Shown piece after piece: positions 21,517 to 30,255 of a stretch of 64,000 nt of DNA; positions within the stretch are counted from its first letter, which is position 1, and every line of letters starts with the position of its first letter. The position numbers and the translations under genes were made by a program. The stretch is from Gemmatales bacterium. Its GTDB lineage: Bacteria; Planctomycetota; Planctomycetia; Gemmatales; HRBIN36. The stretch is taken from assembly GCA_041640595.1 (NCBI GenBank), contig JBEPZY010000009.1:64001-128000 (forward strand), read 5' to 3'. The notes under the pieces are model-generated. The model worked only from the letters and a program-made list of their open reading frames with translations. It was not told the origin of the DNA and made no database searches.

Positions 21517-22634
21517 GCTGCCTCCTCACGCCAGACGGAGAGCAATTGCTCGGCCTGGTGGAGCTTCCGCAACTCCAGCACGCCGACTTCCGGCAGATAC
21601 CAGCGAAAGACCATGAACTCTCTGGGATGACGTTCACCAGCAGGGCGATGTCGGGTCGCAGTGCCGGCAGCAGGCGAAGCATCCTCGGCAGGCGGAGCGG
21701 TCATGCTGACCGACGCGATCGGGGTGTGCAGGGCGCGCAACAGTGTTTCCATTTGCAGCGGTGTGCGCGGCGATTCGGATTCGTCCAGGATTCGCGGCCA
21801 GGTTTGCCATCGTAAAACGGCTCGGGGCGACAAACGGGCCGACGGGCAACGTTCGGAACACCTGAATTCTCTGGCACGATGCGGCGAATCCGTGCCGGGA
21901 CTTTGCTCTTCCCCGTTCGCCAGTTGCTGCTCGCCAGAACCTGGACATAACGAACCCGCTTCAGTGCTTCGTAGCTGGCTGGTAGATGCTTGTGGCTCTT
22001 CAGAGCTCATGCGGCAAACGGCCAGGGCCATCGCCAGGCAAACGGGAGCAGTAGCATTACTCAGGCCCAGTTCCCCTGGCAACGTTCGCCAGCCCGTGGC
22101 GACCAGCCAGAAGCCAGGAACCGGCTGCTGCACTGTTTCGAGCATACCGGCCAAAAGCAAGTCCACCAGTTGTCCCGGTCCGCCACCGACACCGTAATTC
22201 GGCCCGTGAAGACCGAGCAGCACGCTGAGCGACCCGGACAGAGAATGCAGGCAATGGTTGGGGATGAGATGCGGGGAAATGGCTCCGGGACCATCGAGGC
22301 TATAACGTTGCAAAGCGGCCAGTGTCGCTTCCTTGCCGAAATACTCAGGTGCTGCCAGCACACCCCAGCGCTCCGGTTGCGGCAACGGTGGCAGCTGTTC
22401 ACGAAGTTGCAGCGCCACTGCCAGAGCCGCCAGAGTTTGCTCGTCAGCATGACGCACAAAGGCATGGGGCAGCGGTTGACCGTCGGGTAATCGCAACTCT
22501 GTTCGCAGCTGTTGCAATTGCTCCAGCCCAAACGCATAGCTGCTCCAGCCGAGGATTCCCACCTGGATGGCCGAGTGGGGCAAGCGAATTGGAGAAGCTC
22601 GGCGGCGCACACCTTTCTCCTCGATTGACCCCAT
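21513..22634 (-). CDS. ketosynthase N-terminal-only / chain-length-factor-like protein
   Basis: ISPHLIPNHCLHSLSGSLSVLLGLHGPNYGV resembles the KS N-domain; no catalytic Cys motif; lies between ACP and KS; start uncertain. Confidence 0.65.
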   Translation of the reverse strand: MGSIEEKGVRRRASPIRLPHSAIQVGILGWSSYAFGLEQLQQLRTELRLPDGQPLPHAFVRHADEQTLAALAVALQLREQLPPLPQPERWGVLAAPEYFGKEATLAALQRYSLDGPGAISPHLIPNHCLHSLSGSLSVLLGLHGPNYGVGGGPGQLVDLLLAGMLETVQQPVPGFWLVATGWRTLPGELGLSNATAPVCLAMALAVCRMSSEEPQASTSQLRSTEAGSLCPGSGEQQLANGEEQSPGTDSPHRAREFRCSERCPSARLSPRAVLRWQTWPRILDESESPRTPLQMETLLRALHTPIASVSMTAPPAEDASPAAGTATRHRPAGERHPREFMVFRWYLPEVGVLELRKLHQAEQLLSVWREEAA

Positions 22635-22666
22635 GTGCGGGGGATTTTGTCGGCAATTGCGGGCCA

Positions 22667-22933
22667 TCAGGCCGCCTGGGCTGCGGAAGCCTGTTGCAGT
22701 TTGCTTTGCAGCAGATCGAGCAAATCGCCCACTTTTTCCAAACGCTGCAACTCCTGGCTATCCAGGCGAATGTGGAATCGGTTTTCGATCTGCATGACCA
22801 GACTCACCAGGTCCACCGAGTCCAGCCCCAAACCTTCTTTCAACGTGACGCTGTCGTCCAGGCGATCGTAGCGTTGTCCTGTGTCCTGATAGAGCAACTC
22901 CAGCAATTCCTGGCGCAGTTGTGCACGATCCAT
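22667..22933 (-). CDS. acyl carrier protein
   Basis: LGLDSVDLVSLVMQIENRFHI phosphopantetheine site; GGAGGTG RBS. Confidence 0.92.
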   Translation of the reverse strand: MDRAQLRQELLELLYQDTGQRYDRLDDSVTLKEGLGLDSVDLVSLVMQIENRFHIRLDSQELQRLEKVGDLLDLLQSKLQQASAAQAA

Positions 22934-23140
22934 ACTCACACCTCCACACGGGGAGCGGGTTTGCCCAATCGGGTTGGGGTACATCCGAGGCGGGATAAGA
23001 ACGATTTTCCCGCAATCTGACAAGCCCAGTTGTGCGGACTGCTTCCCGAACAGCCAGAGTCATTGTCCCGCATGGCTCCATCTTCGGGTCACGATGGCCG
23101 ATGCTGTTGCAGGCCGGCTACGGTGATGCCCGCACGCTGG

Positions 23141-23236
23141 GTGTGTCCCTTTCCATCGCCGGGTTGCAAGCTTGGTAGAGCTCAGAGCAGCCATCACCAT
23201 CGAGCGTGTGTCCCTTTCCGTAGTCGGGTTGCAAGC
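23141..23236. repeat. 31-bp direct repeat pair with 34-nt spacer
   Basis: GTGTGTCCCTTTCCATCGCCGGGTTGCAAGC at 23141 and 23206 (28/31). Confidence 0.88.
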
Positions 23237-23287
23237 GCGGACACTTGTTGCAGATATGCCTTTGCGATTCGCCAGGACGCTTCGTTG

Positions 23288-24136
23288 GCACGGCGGGCTG
23301 ACGTCCGCCGCTCCTGGTCGTGTGTGGGACTCCGCATTGCGAATCACGCATTTCGCGACGAACGAACGTCGTGCAACCAGGAGCGGCTGGCGTAAGCCAG
23401 CCGTGGTACGCGAACGTAGCCCGTCGGCGAAAGACGGTTGCATGTGCAGGTGCGTTACTTAACCACGGCGGGCTAACACCCGCCGCTCTTGGTTGTCGCT
23501 CCGGTCGTCGTCCAACATAGCGCGGTTGCAACCGCACAGCGCCCGGTTCAGCGAACCACGGCGGGCTGACGCCCGCCGCTCTTGGTCGTGTGTGGGACTC
23601 CGCATTGCGAATCACGCATTTCGCAGCAAACCAACGTCGTGCAACCAGGAGCGGCTGGCGTAAGCCAGCCGTGGTACGCGAACGTACCCCGTCGGCGAAA
23701 GACGGTTGCATGTGCAGGTGGGTTACTTAACCACGGCGGGCTGACACCCGCCGCTCCTGTTCGAATGTGCGTTTGTGCATCGCAAAAATCGTTGTTTCGC
23801 CGGCGGACGTCCGCACACCAATACAAGAGCGGGGGGCGTAAGCCCCCCGTGGCGCCAATGGACACGATTGTAATCCGGAGCCGTATGAGCCATAAACGAT
23901 TCTGGCGCTACGTTAGCCCCGTGGCGCTTATAAACGCGAATGCAACGGCAATCCGCACACACCATCGGCGGTCTGCTGACGAATGGCGCCGGTCTCTGCG
24001 GATGCGGGTTTGTCCACCCACGGCGGGCTAACACCCGCCGCTCTTGGTTGTCGCTCCGGTCGTCGCCGAACAGAACACGACTTCGACCGCACAGCGCCCG
24101 GTTCACCGAATCACGGCAGGCTAACGCCCGCCGCTC
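23288..24136. repeat. REP-like palindrome cluster 1 (9 intact 26-bp units)
   Basis: CCACGGCGGGCTrACrCCCGCCGCTC at 23288, 23463, 23556, 23731, 24018, 24111; opposite-orientation GAGCGGCTGGCGTAAGCCAGCCGTGG-type units at 23381, 23649, 23827. Confidence 0.92.
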
Positions 24137-24216
24137 TTGGTGGTGATGATCGCCGCTCATGGCGAAATCGTTTCCCGTTGCCAGCGCGGTACTCGCGCTT
24201 GCCTGGGAATATTGGC

Positions 24217-24312
24217 ATCGTGACCGCTTTAGAGAATGAAGAGGACATTGATGATGCAGAGCAGCATGCGGGCCAGATGCAAGTCTCGACCGCTCTGGAG
24301 AGTGAAGAGGAC
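24217..24312. repeat. ~30-bp direct repeat pair, period 66
   Basis: Core GACCGCTTTAGAGAATGAAGAGGAC at 24222 vs 24288 (22/25). Confidence 0.82.
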
Positions 24313-24433
24313 CGCCCCGGTTGAAGTACGTGTTGGTTCTGAAACATTGGCCCAGCGTCTTGACGGGGCTGTGGGAGTCTGGTAGCATTACACAAACGGA
24401 AACGGGAAATCGAATCGGAGGGGAGCGGATAAG

Positions 24434-24484
24434 ATGGTGTGGCTGGCGCTGAGCCTGGGGCTATGCCTTAGCCTGCGGTCCTGA
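24434..24484 (+). CDS. leucine-rich leader peptide (MVWLALSLGLCLSLRS)
   Basis: 16 codons, 6 of them Leu including CTA and CTT; GGAGGGGAG upstream; precedes a terminator and leuA. Confidence 0.8.
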   Translation: MVWLALSLGLCLSLRS

Positions 24485-24530
24485 CCGCAGGTCTCAGGCT
24501 CGGTTGCCATCGTGATGCTTGTGGAAATCG

Positions 24531-24564
24531 AAGCCCTGGGACCTGACGGGTTCCAGGGCTTTTT
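24531..24564 (+). terminator. attenuator terminator hairpin upstream of leuA
   Basis: AAGCCCTGGGACC-loop-GGTTCCAGGGC followed by TTTTT. Confidence 0.85.
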
Positions 24565-24708
24565 GATTTCTGGCTGGGGCAATGCGAGCGGTGGCGGTCG
24601 CTCCTGGCGAGAACACGATCGCTGTTTGCTGCCGGGACACCTGAACGCGGATTGGCTAATCTCCATTGCTCCGCGTGTATTTGCTGCCGCGAGGCAAAGG
24701 AGTCCGTC

Positions 24709-26283
24709 ATGGCTGAGAGCAATCGTGTGATTATCTTCGATACGACGTTGCGGGATGGGGAACAATCGCCGGGCGCCAGCATGAATCTGGAAGAGAAGCT
24801 GGAAGTAGCACGTGCCCTGCGTGATTTGCGAGTGGATGTCATCGAGGCAGGGTTTCCCATCGCGTCGCCTGGGGATTTTGAAGCGGTACGCGCCATCGCC
24901 GAACAGATCGAAGGGCCGATCATTTGTGCTCTGGCTCGCTGCCGAGCCGAAGATATTGACCGTGCTGCGGAGGCTTTGCGACCAGCAGCCCGCAAACGCA
25001 TCCACGTTTTCCTGGCCACCAGTGCCATTCATCGCGAGTTCAAGTTGCGGATGACCAAAGAAGAGATCGTCCGCTGGGCGGTAGAGGGGGTCAAACGGGC
25101 CAAAGAATACTGCGAGGATGTCGAGTTTTCTCCGGAAGATGCCGCTCGCACGGAGCTGGATTTTCTGTGTGAGGTTGTCGAAAAGGCGATCGAAGCCGGG
25201 GCCACGACCATCAACATTCCTGATACGGTTGGTTACGCCATGCCGCAACAGTACGGCCAGATTTTCCGCCACTTGCGGCAACACGTGCGGGGCATCGAAA
25301 AAGTGATCTTGAGCGCCCACTGTCACGACGATCTCGGCTTAGCGGTGGCCAACAGCCTGGCCGCTCTGCATGAGGGTGCCCGTCAGGTTGAGTGCACTAT
25401 CAACGGTATCGGGGAGCGAGCCGGAAACTGTGCTCTGGAAGAAGTGGTGATGGCCCTGAAAGTGCGGCAGGATTTCTTCGGTCTGACAACGCAGATTGAT
25501 ACGAAACGGCTGTATCCGACCAGCCGGCTGGTGTCCACGATTACAGGTTTGCAGGTGCAACGCAACAAAGCCATCGTCGGCCAAAACGCCTTCGCTCACG
25601 AAGCGGGCATCCATCAGCACGGCATTCTGGCACACCAGGCCACTTACGAGATCATGCGCCCGGAGGATGTCGGTCGCAGTTCCAGCGATCTGGTGCTGGG
25701 CAAGCATTCCGGTCGCCATGCCCTGCGAGCCCATGCCGAAAATCTCGGTTACCATCTCAGTGAGGAGCAACTCGACCGTGTTTTTGAGTCGTTCAAACGC
25801 CTGGCCGACAAGAAGAAAACCATTTACGACGCGGATTTGCAGGCGCTCATTGAGGGTATTTTGCACGATGGCCGACCGGAAATGTGGAAATTAGTTTCGT
25901 TCCACACCAGTGCCGGTTCGGGCGTGATTCCGACGGCAGCGGTCTGCGTACAGCGAGCGGATGGCCAGCAATTCCGGGATGCCGCTTGCGGTGACGGTCC
26001 CATTGACGCCGTCTTTCGCACGCTCATGCGGATCACCGGTTTGGAAGTGCAGTTACGGGATTTTCAGGTGCGTTCGGTGTCGCAGGGAGAAGATGCCCAG
26101 GGCGAGGCCCTTGTCGAAGTCGAACATCAGGGGCGATTGTATCGAGGACGGGCTACCAGCACCGACATTATCGAAGCCGGGGCTCTGGCTTTCCTGAGCG
26201 TGCTCAATCAAATTGCCTGGCGAACACAACCGGATAGCGGCGTGAATAAGAGCGAACGGCTTACCTCGATTCCCAGTCCGTGA
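24709..26283 (+). CDS. leuA: 2-isopropylmalate synthase
   Basis: IFDTTLRDGEQSPG, HCHDDLG, GIGERAGN, LGKHSGR, C-terminal regulatory domain; AAGGAG RBS. Confidence 0.97.
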   Translation: MAESNRVIIFDTTLRDGEQSPGASMNLEEKLEVARALRDLRVDVIEAGFPIASPGDFEAVRAIAEQIEGPIICALARCRAEDIDRAAEALRPAARKRIHVFLATSAIHREFKLRMTKEEIVRWAVEGVKRAKEYCEDVEFSPEDAARTELDFLCEVVEKAIEAGATTINIPDTVGYAMPQQYGQIFRHLRQHVRGIEKVILSAHCHDDLGLAVANSLAALHEGARQVECTINGIGERAGNCALEEVVMALKVRQDFFGLTTQIDTKRLYPTSRLVSTITGLQVQRNKAIVGQNAFAHEAGIHQHGILAHQATYEIMRPEDVGRSSSDLVLGKHSGRHALRAHAENLGYHLSEEQLDRVFESFKRLADKKKTIYDADLQALIEGILHDGRPEMWKLVSFHTSAGSGVIPTAAVCVQRADGQQFRDAACGDGPIDAVFRTLMRITGLEVQLRDFQVRSVSQGEDAQGEALVEVEHQGRLYRGRATSTDIIEAGALAFLSVLNQIAWRTQPDSGVNKSERLTSIPSP

Positions 26284-26397
26284 TCCATCGGTTCTTCCGA
26301 ATACGCGGCGGACATTGTCCGATACTGGTGGCCATCTACAATAGCGCGGGTGCCTGGCCGAATTTCTCCGGCAATACTTTGGCCATTCCAGGAGCAG

Positions 26398-27141
26398 ATG
26401 GCTGTGGAGAGTCGGGATAAATCGCCTTGCGAGAGTAATGTAGCTGAAACGGCCCGGCTCAAGGCCAGTGCTGACGCTGAGCTTACCGGAGCCGACTCCG
26501 AAGCCAGTGTTGGTGTGAACTCGACAAGCGAATCAGGCTCACCATTGGCTACTCGTGCTCAGGTGTTGCCGGGTGGCAAGGTGGACCTGGAGCGTATCGC
26601 CCGGGCGGTGCGCGAAATCTTGCTGGCGGTAGGCGAGAATCCCGATCGCGATGGACTGCGCGATACCCCGATGCGGGTTGCCCGTATGTATGCCGAGTTG
26701 TTCGGGGGTCTATACCAGGACCCGCGTTGCCATCTCGATAAGTACTTCGTGGAAAAATACGACGAGATCGTCCTGGTCAAAGGGATCAGTTTTGAAAGCA
26801 TGTGCGAACATCACCTGCTTCCGTTTCACGGCCAGGCTCACGTGGCGTATATTCCGAACGGCAAGATCGTGGGTTTGAGCAAGCTGGCCCGGGTGCTGGA
26901 ACTTTTGGCCCATCGGCCACAGGTGCAGGAACGGCTCACCGAACAACTCGCCGATCTGCTTATGCAGGAGCTTGAACCCAAAGGTGTGGCGGTGATTATG
27001 GAAGCTACTCACACCTGCATGACCATTCGCGGTATCCGCAAGCCGACCAGTGTTTGCACCACCAGCGCTATGCGGGGAGTGTTCAAGTCGAATCTCTCCA
27101 CCCGCACCGAACTGATGTCGCTGATTTATGGGTCGAAATAG
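26398..27141 (+). CDS. folE: GTP cyclohydrolase I with N-terminal extension
   Basis: TPMRVAR, SMCEHHLLPF, GLSKLAR, QVQERLT, HTCMTIRG. Confidence 0.95.
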   Translation: MAVESRDKSPCESNVAETARLKASADAELTGADSEASVGVNSTSESGSPLATRAQVLPGGKVDLERIARAVREILLAVGENPDRDGLRDTPMRVARMYAELFGGLYQDPRCHLDKYFVEKYDEIVLVKGISFESMCEHHLLPFHGQAHVAYIPNGKIVGLSKLARVLELLAHRPQVQERLTEQLADLLMQELEPKGVAVIMEATHTCMTIRGIRKPTSVCTTSAMRGVFKSNLSTRTELMSLIYGSK

Positions 27142-27261
27142 GGCTGTTGCCTGGTGGTGCCGAACTGTCTCGGGTAGGCTAACGCTCGCCGACCTTGCGA
27201 AAAGACCGTGCCACAACAGGCCCGCACCGACCGCTTCCGGTTTCCTGGTAAGCCTGGCTCC

Positions 27262-28008
27262 ATGCTAGAGATCTTCGCTTTGCGATTGGCCGTGGGAATG
27301 CTGGTGGCGCTGCTGTTGCTGCCCGTACCGGAGGTACCCTCGCGTTTTTACCGTTTGCATTTGCTGATCGCCCTGGGATTGGTGACCCTGGCGGGGGTAT
27401 CGGCGGGCCAGAATGATAGTGCTGTGTACTGGTTCGGGCTGGGACTGGCCGGTGCGGGTTGCTTTGTGGGTACCTGGTTCTGGCTGGGGGAAGCGAATCG
27501 CCTGGGGTTGCTGCCCATTGTCCTGGCGGCCGGTGCAGGTATGCTGGCCCTTATGTCCGAAGCGATCGGCGAAGCAAGCCAGGTTTCGTCGCTCCTGGCG
27601 ATAAGTTTCGAGCATGCCAGCTCGGCCTTGCAGCTTGGTCTGGTGCTCACCGCTATGCTGCTGGGCCATTACTATCTGATTGCCCCGAGTATGACCACGC
27701 GGCCCCTGGTTCGGCTGACCGTGTTGTTGCTGGGAGCGATCCTGGCACGGGCGGTGATTGTCGCCAGCAGCGAGGTAGCATGGTTGTATAGCACAGCCGG
27801 CTCTGCTCGCGCTCCGGAACAATGGCTGTGGCTGGTCTTGCGCTGGCTGGGCGGAATTGTGGCGGCGGCAATGTTCAGCTTCCTGGCCTGGCGATGCGCT
27901 CGCCTGCGGGCCACGCAGTCAGCCACAGGAATCCTGTACGCGGCCGTCATTTGCACTTTCCTGGGTGAACTGGCCCACTTGCTGGTACATACGCGAACCG
28001 CTCCTTAG
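27262..28008 (+). CDS. multi-pass membrane protein
   Basis: About 8 hydrophobic segments; AMLLGHYYL and TQSATGILY motifs. Confidence 0.75.
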   Translation: MLEIFALRLAVGMLVALLLLPVPEVPSRFYRLHLLIALGLVTLAGVSAGQNDSAVYWFGLGLAGAGCFVGTWFWLGEANRLGLLPIVLAAGAGMLALMSEAIGEASQVSSLLAISFEHASSALQLGLVLTAMLLGHYYLIAPSMTTRPLVRLTVLLLGAILARAVIVASSEVAWLYSTAGSARAPEQWLWLVLRWLGGIVAAAMFSFLAWRCARLRATQSATGILYAAVICTFLGELAHLLVHTRTAP

Positions 28009-28066
28009 ACCGTACTCGCAAGCATGGGCTTCCTGCATACCGGCAGTGTCCCCGTAGGTGCGCCCT

Positions 28067-28531
28067 ATGCGGATGGCGATTCCCTGCTCCCATTGCGGTG
28101 AAGTCTTCAGCACCACTGACGTAGATGCCCAGCGCTGGCGGTGTCCGAATTGCCAGCAGGAGATCCTTGCCCAAGCGGCGGGAGGCGGGGAAGTTTTGTC
28201 GCGCTGTCGGGTGTGCGGCAATGAACAGATTTACGTGCAGAAGGATTTTCCCCACAGCGTTGGCCTGACCATCGTGGCGGTCGCCATTGCTCTTTCCTGC
28301 GTGTTCTATTACTGGCACTGGCTGGTCTGGACGTGGGCGGTGCTGATCGGTTCGGTGCTGGTGGATGCGCTTGTGTACTGGTGGGTGGGGACAGTTAGAG
28401 TGTGCTATCGCTGCCAGGCCAGGTACTGGGGTTTTGCTCCCAATCCCCAGCACCATCCTTTTGAGCTGGAAATTGCGGAAAAATATCGCCAGGAACGGCT
28501 TCGCCGCCAATCTCTGTCCCGCTCAGGCTGA
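28067..28531 (+). CDS. Zn-ribbon membrane protein
   Basis: CSHC, CPNC, CRVC, CYRC pairs around two TM helices. Confidence 0.75.
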   Translation: MRMAIPCSHCGEVFSTTDVDAQRWRCPNCQQEILAQAAGGGEVLSRCRVCGNEQIYVQKDFPHSVGLTIVAVAIALSCVFYYWHWLVWTWAVLIGSVLVDALVYWWVGTVRVCYRCQARYWGFAPNPQHHPFELEIAEKYRQERLRRQSLSRSG

Positions 28532-28769
28532 GCGAAAGTGCTGGCGACTCCCCCAGCCCCTGAACTTGAGTGTCCGCTGCGCCTGGACCGTTTTGCCAAG
28601 CAAACCGCCTTGCCAAGCACTGGCGTATCTGTTAGCAAAATCCCAACCGAGATCGGGAGTGCCAGCGATCCCGACAGGCTGACCCATGGCGGTCTCAATC
28701 ACTACTTACGCTACGGTAAGCGGCGAGCTGACGCTCACCGCTCTTGACGACCGAGACGAGGATGAATTC

Positions 28770-29651
28770 ATGGTACCCATAGACCTCAGCGGCAAAATCG
28801 CCCTGGTAACCGGCGTGGGGGATAACGAAGGTTTCGCCTGGTACATTGCCAAGGCATTGCAGGCGGCGGGATGCCGACTCATCTTCGCCTGTCACCCGCG
28901 AGTCTTTACCATCGTCGAGAGCATCCTCACCCGCGAGCAGGATGCTGAGTCGCGCATTCTCCCTTACGGTGCCGGGACGTTGCAGGTGGAGAAACTTCTG
29001 CCCTGTGACGTTCGTTTCGACACCATGCAGGATGTGGATGAAGCCACGCGGAACGATCGCCGTTACCAGCGTTTTGCCGACTATTCCATTCAGGGCGTCA
29101 TGGACGTGATCAGCCGCGATTATGGTGGCCTCGACATCCTCATTCATTCGGTGGCATTCAGTCCGGAGATCAAGAACATTCAACTGGAAACGAGTCGGCA
29201 GGCGTATTTGACGGCGTTGTCGGTGAGTGCTTATTCACTAACGGGATTATTGCGGCGAGCCTGGCCGCTCATGAAAGACCGACCGGGCGGGGCTTCGGCA
29301 GTGGCGTTGACTTATCTGGGTGGCGAACGGGTTGTGCCGCATTACGGGGGTGGCATGTCCGCTGCCAAAGCGGCTCTGCAAATTGACGCCCGACAGCTGG
29401 CGCACAACCTCGGCAAATACAATATCCGCGTCAATCTCATCTCGGCCGGGCCTTATGCCTCTCGTGCCGCTCGCGCCATCGGCGACATTCAGCAGATGAT
29501 CCAGTACGCTGCCCAGCGCAGTCCGTTACCGCGTCCCATTCAGCCAGAGGAAGTTGCCAATGCCGTTTTGTTCCTGTGCAGTCCGCTCGCCTCTGCTGTT
29601 ACCGGACAGATTTTGTACGTGGATTGCGGCTACCACATCATGGGCGTGTAA
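28770..29651 (+). CDS. fabI: enoyl-ACP reductase
   Basis: TGVGDNEGFAWYIAK, HSVAFSPE, YGGGMSAAKAAL, ISAGP, YVDCG. Confidence 0.92.
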   Translation: MVPIDLSGKIALVTGVGDNEGFAWYIAKALQAAGCRLIFACHPRVFTIVESILTREQDAESRILPYGAGTLQVEKLLPCDVRFDTMQDVDEATRNDRRYQRFADYSIQGVMDVISRDYGGLDILIHSVAFSPEIKNIQLETSRQAYLTALSVSAYSLTGLLRRAWPLMKDRPGGASAVALTYLGGERVVPHYGGGMSAAKAALQIDARQLAHNLGKYNIRVNLISAGPYASRAARAIGDIQQMIQYAAQRSPLPRPIQPEEVANAVLFLCSPLASAVTGQILYVDCGYHIMGV

Positions 29652-29940
29652 AACGCTCGCCCGCCAATGCCCTTACCAGCACCGCACCAGATCAGTCCGT
29701 CTTCGTGCATGTGCATAGGGTGTGGAATGCCTGGTCGGCAATGTCCCTTACCAGCACTCCGCGGATTTTTGCCGGCAAACCAGCTCTGGGTGTCCACCAC
29801 CCGGCAACGGCTCTTATCCTCCGCGAATAAACCGGCTGACTCGCACTCTCCGCACGCGGAACCGGGCCGCCCTCACTATGCGCGAGAAAGACCGCCCATA
29901 GCTTTCCAAACCGTGGCGGTGACGGCGAACCGCGCGGCTG

Positions 29941-30050
29941 GCGTTGCAGCAACAATCGGGCCGAGCGGTGCGGCCATATGACTAGGCGACGTGGAAAATC
30001 TCCCAGCGATTGCCTTGCAGCGACAATCAGCCCGAACGATGCAGCCAGAT
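29941..30050. repeat. ~39-bp direct repeat pair, period 71
   Basis: GCGTTGCAGCAACAATCGGGCCGAGCGGTGCGGCCATAT vs copy at 30012 (31/39). Confidence 0.82.
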
Positions 30051-30255
30051 TCGACGGCAGAACGCGCTGAGCAGCGAACAATCAGCAGTGGCCGACGCAT
30101 AACGAGCCGCGCGCAGCGTGTAGCGAAGGCCAGAACGTGCTGATGCTTCAGAATCCGCGAGTAGTGAACAAGCGATGGCGAGCGGGCATATGTAAGGAAG
30201 AGGCAGCAACGAGCGGTTGGCGAGCCACCATCAGCAACCGGCGAGCAGGCGAGCG

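Noticed and set aside
23060..24395. ORFs across REP cluster 1
   Set aside because: Translations of the palindromes (HGGLTPAA, AAGVSPPW); no independent coding evidence.
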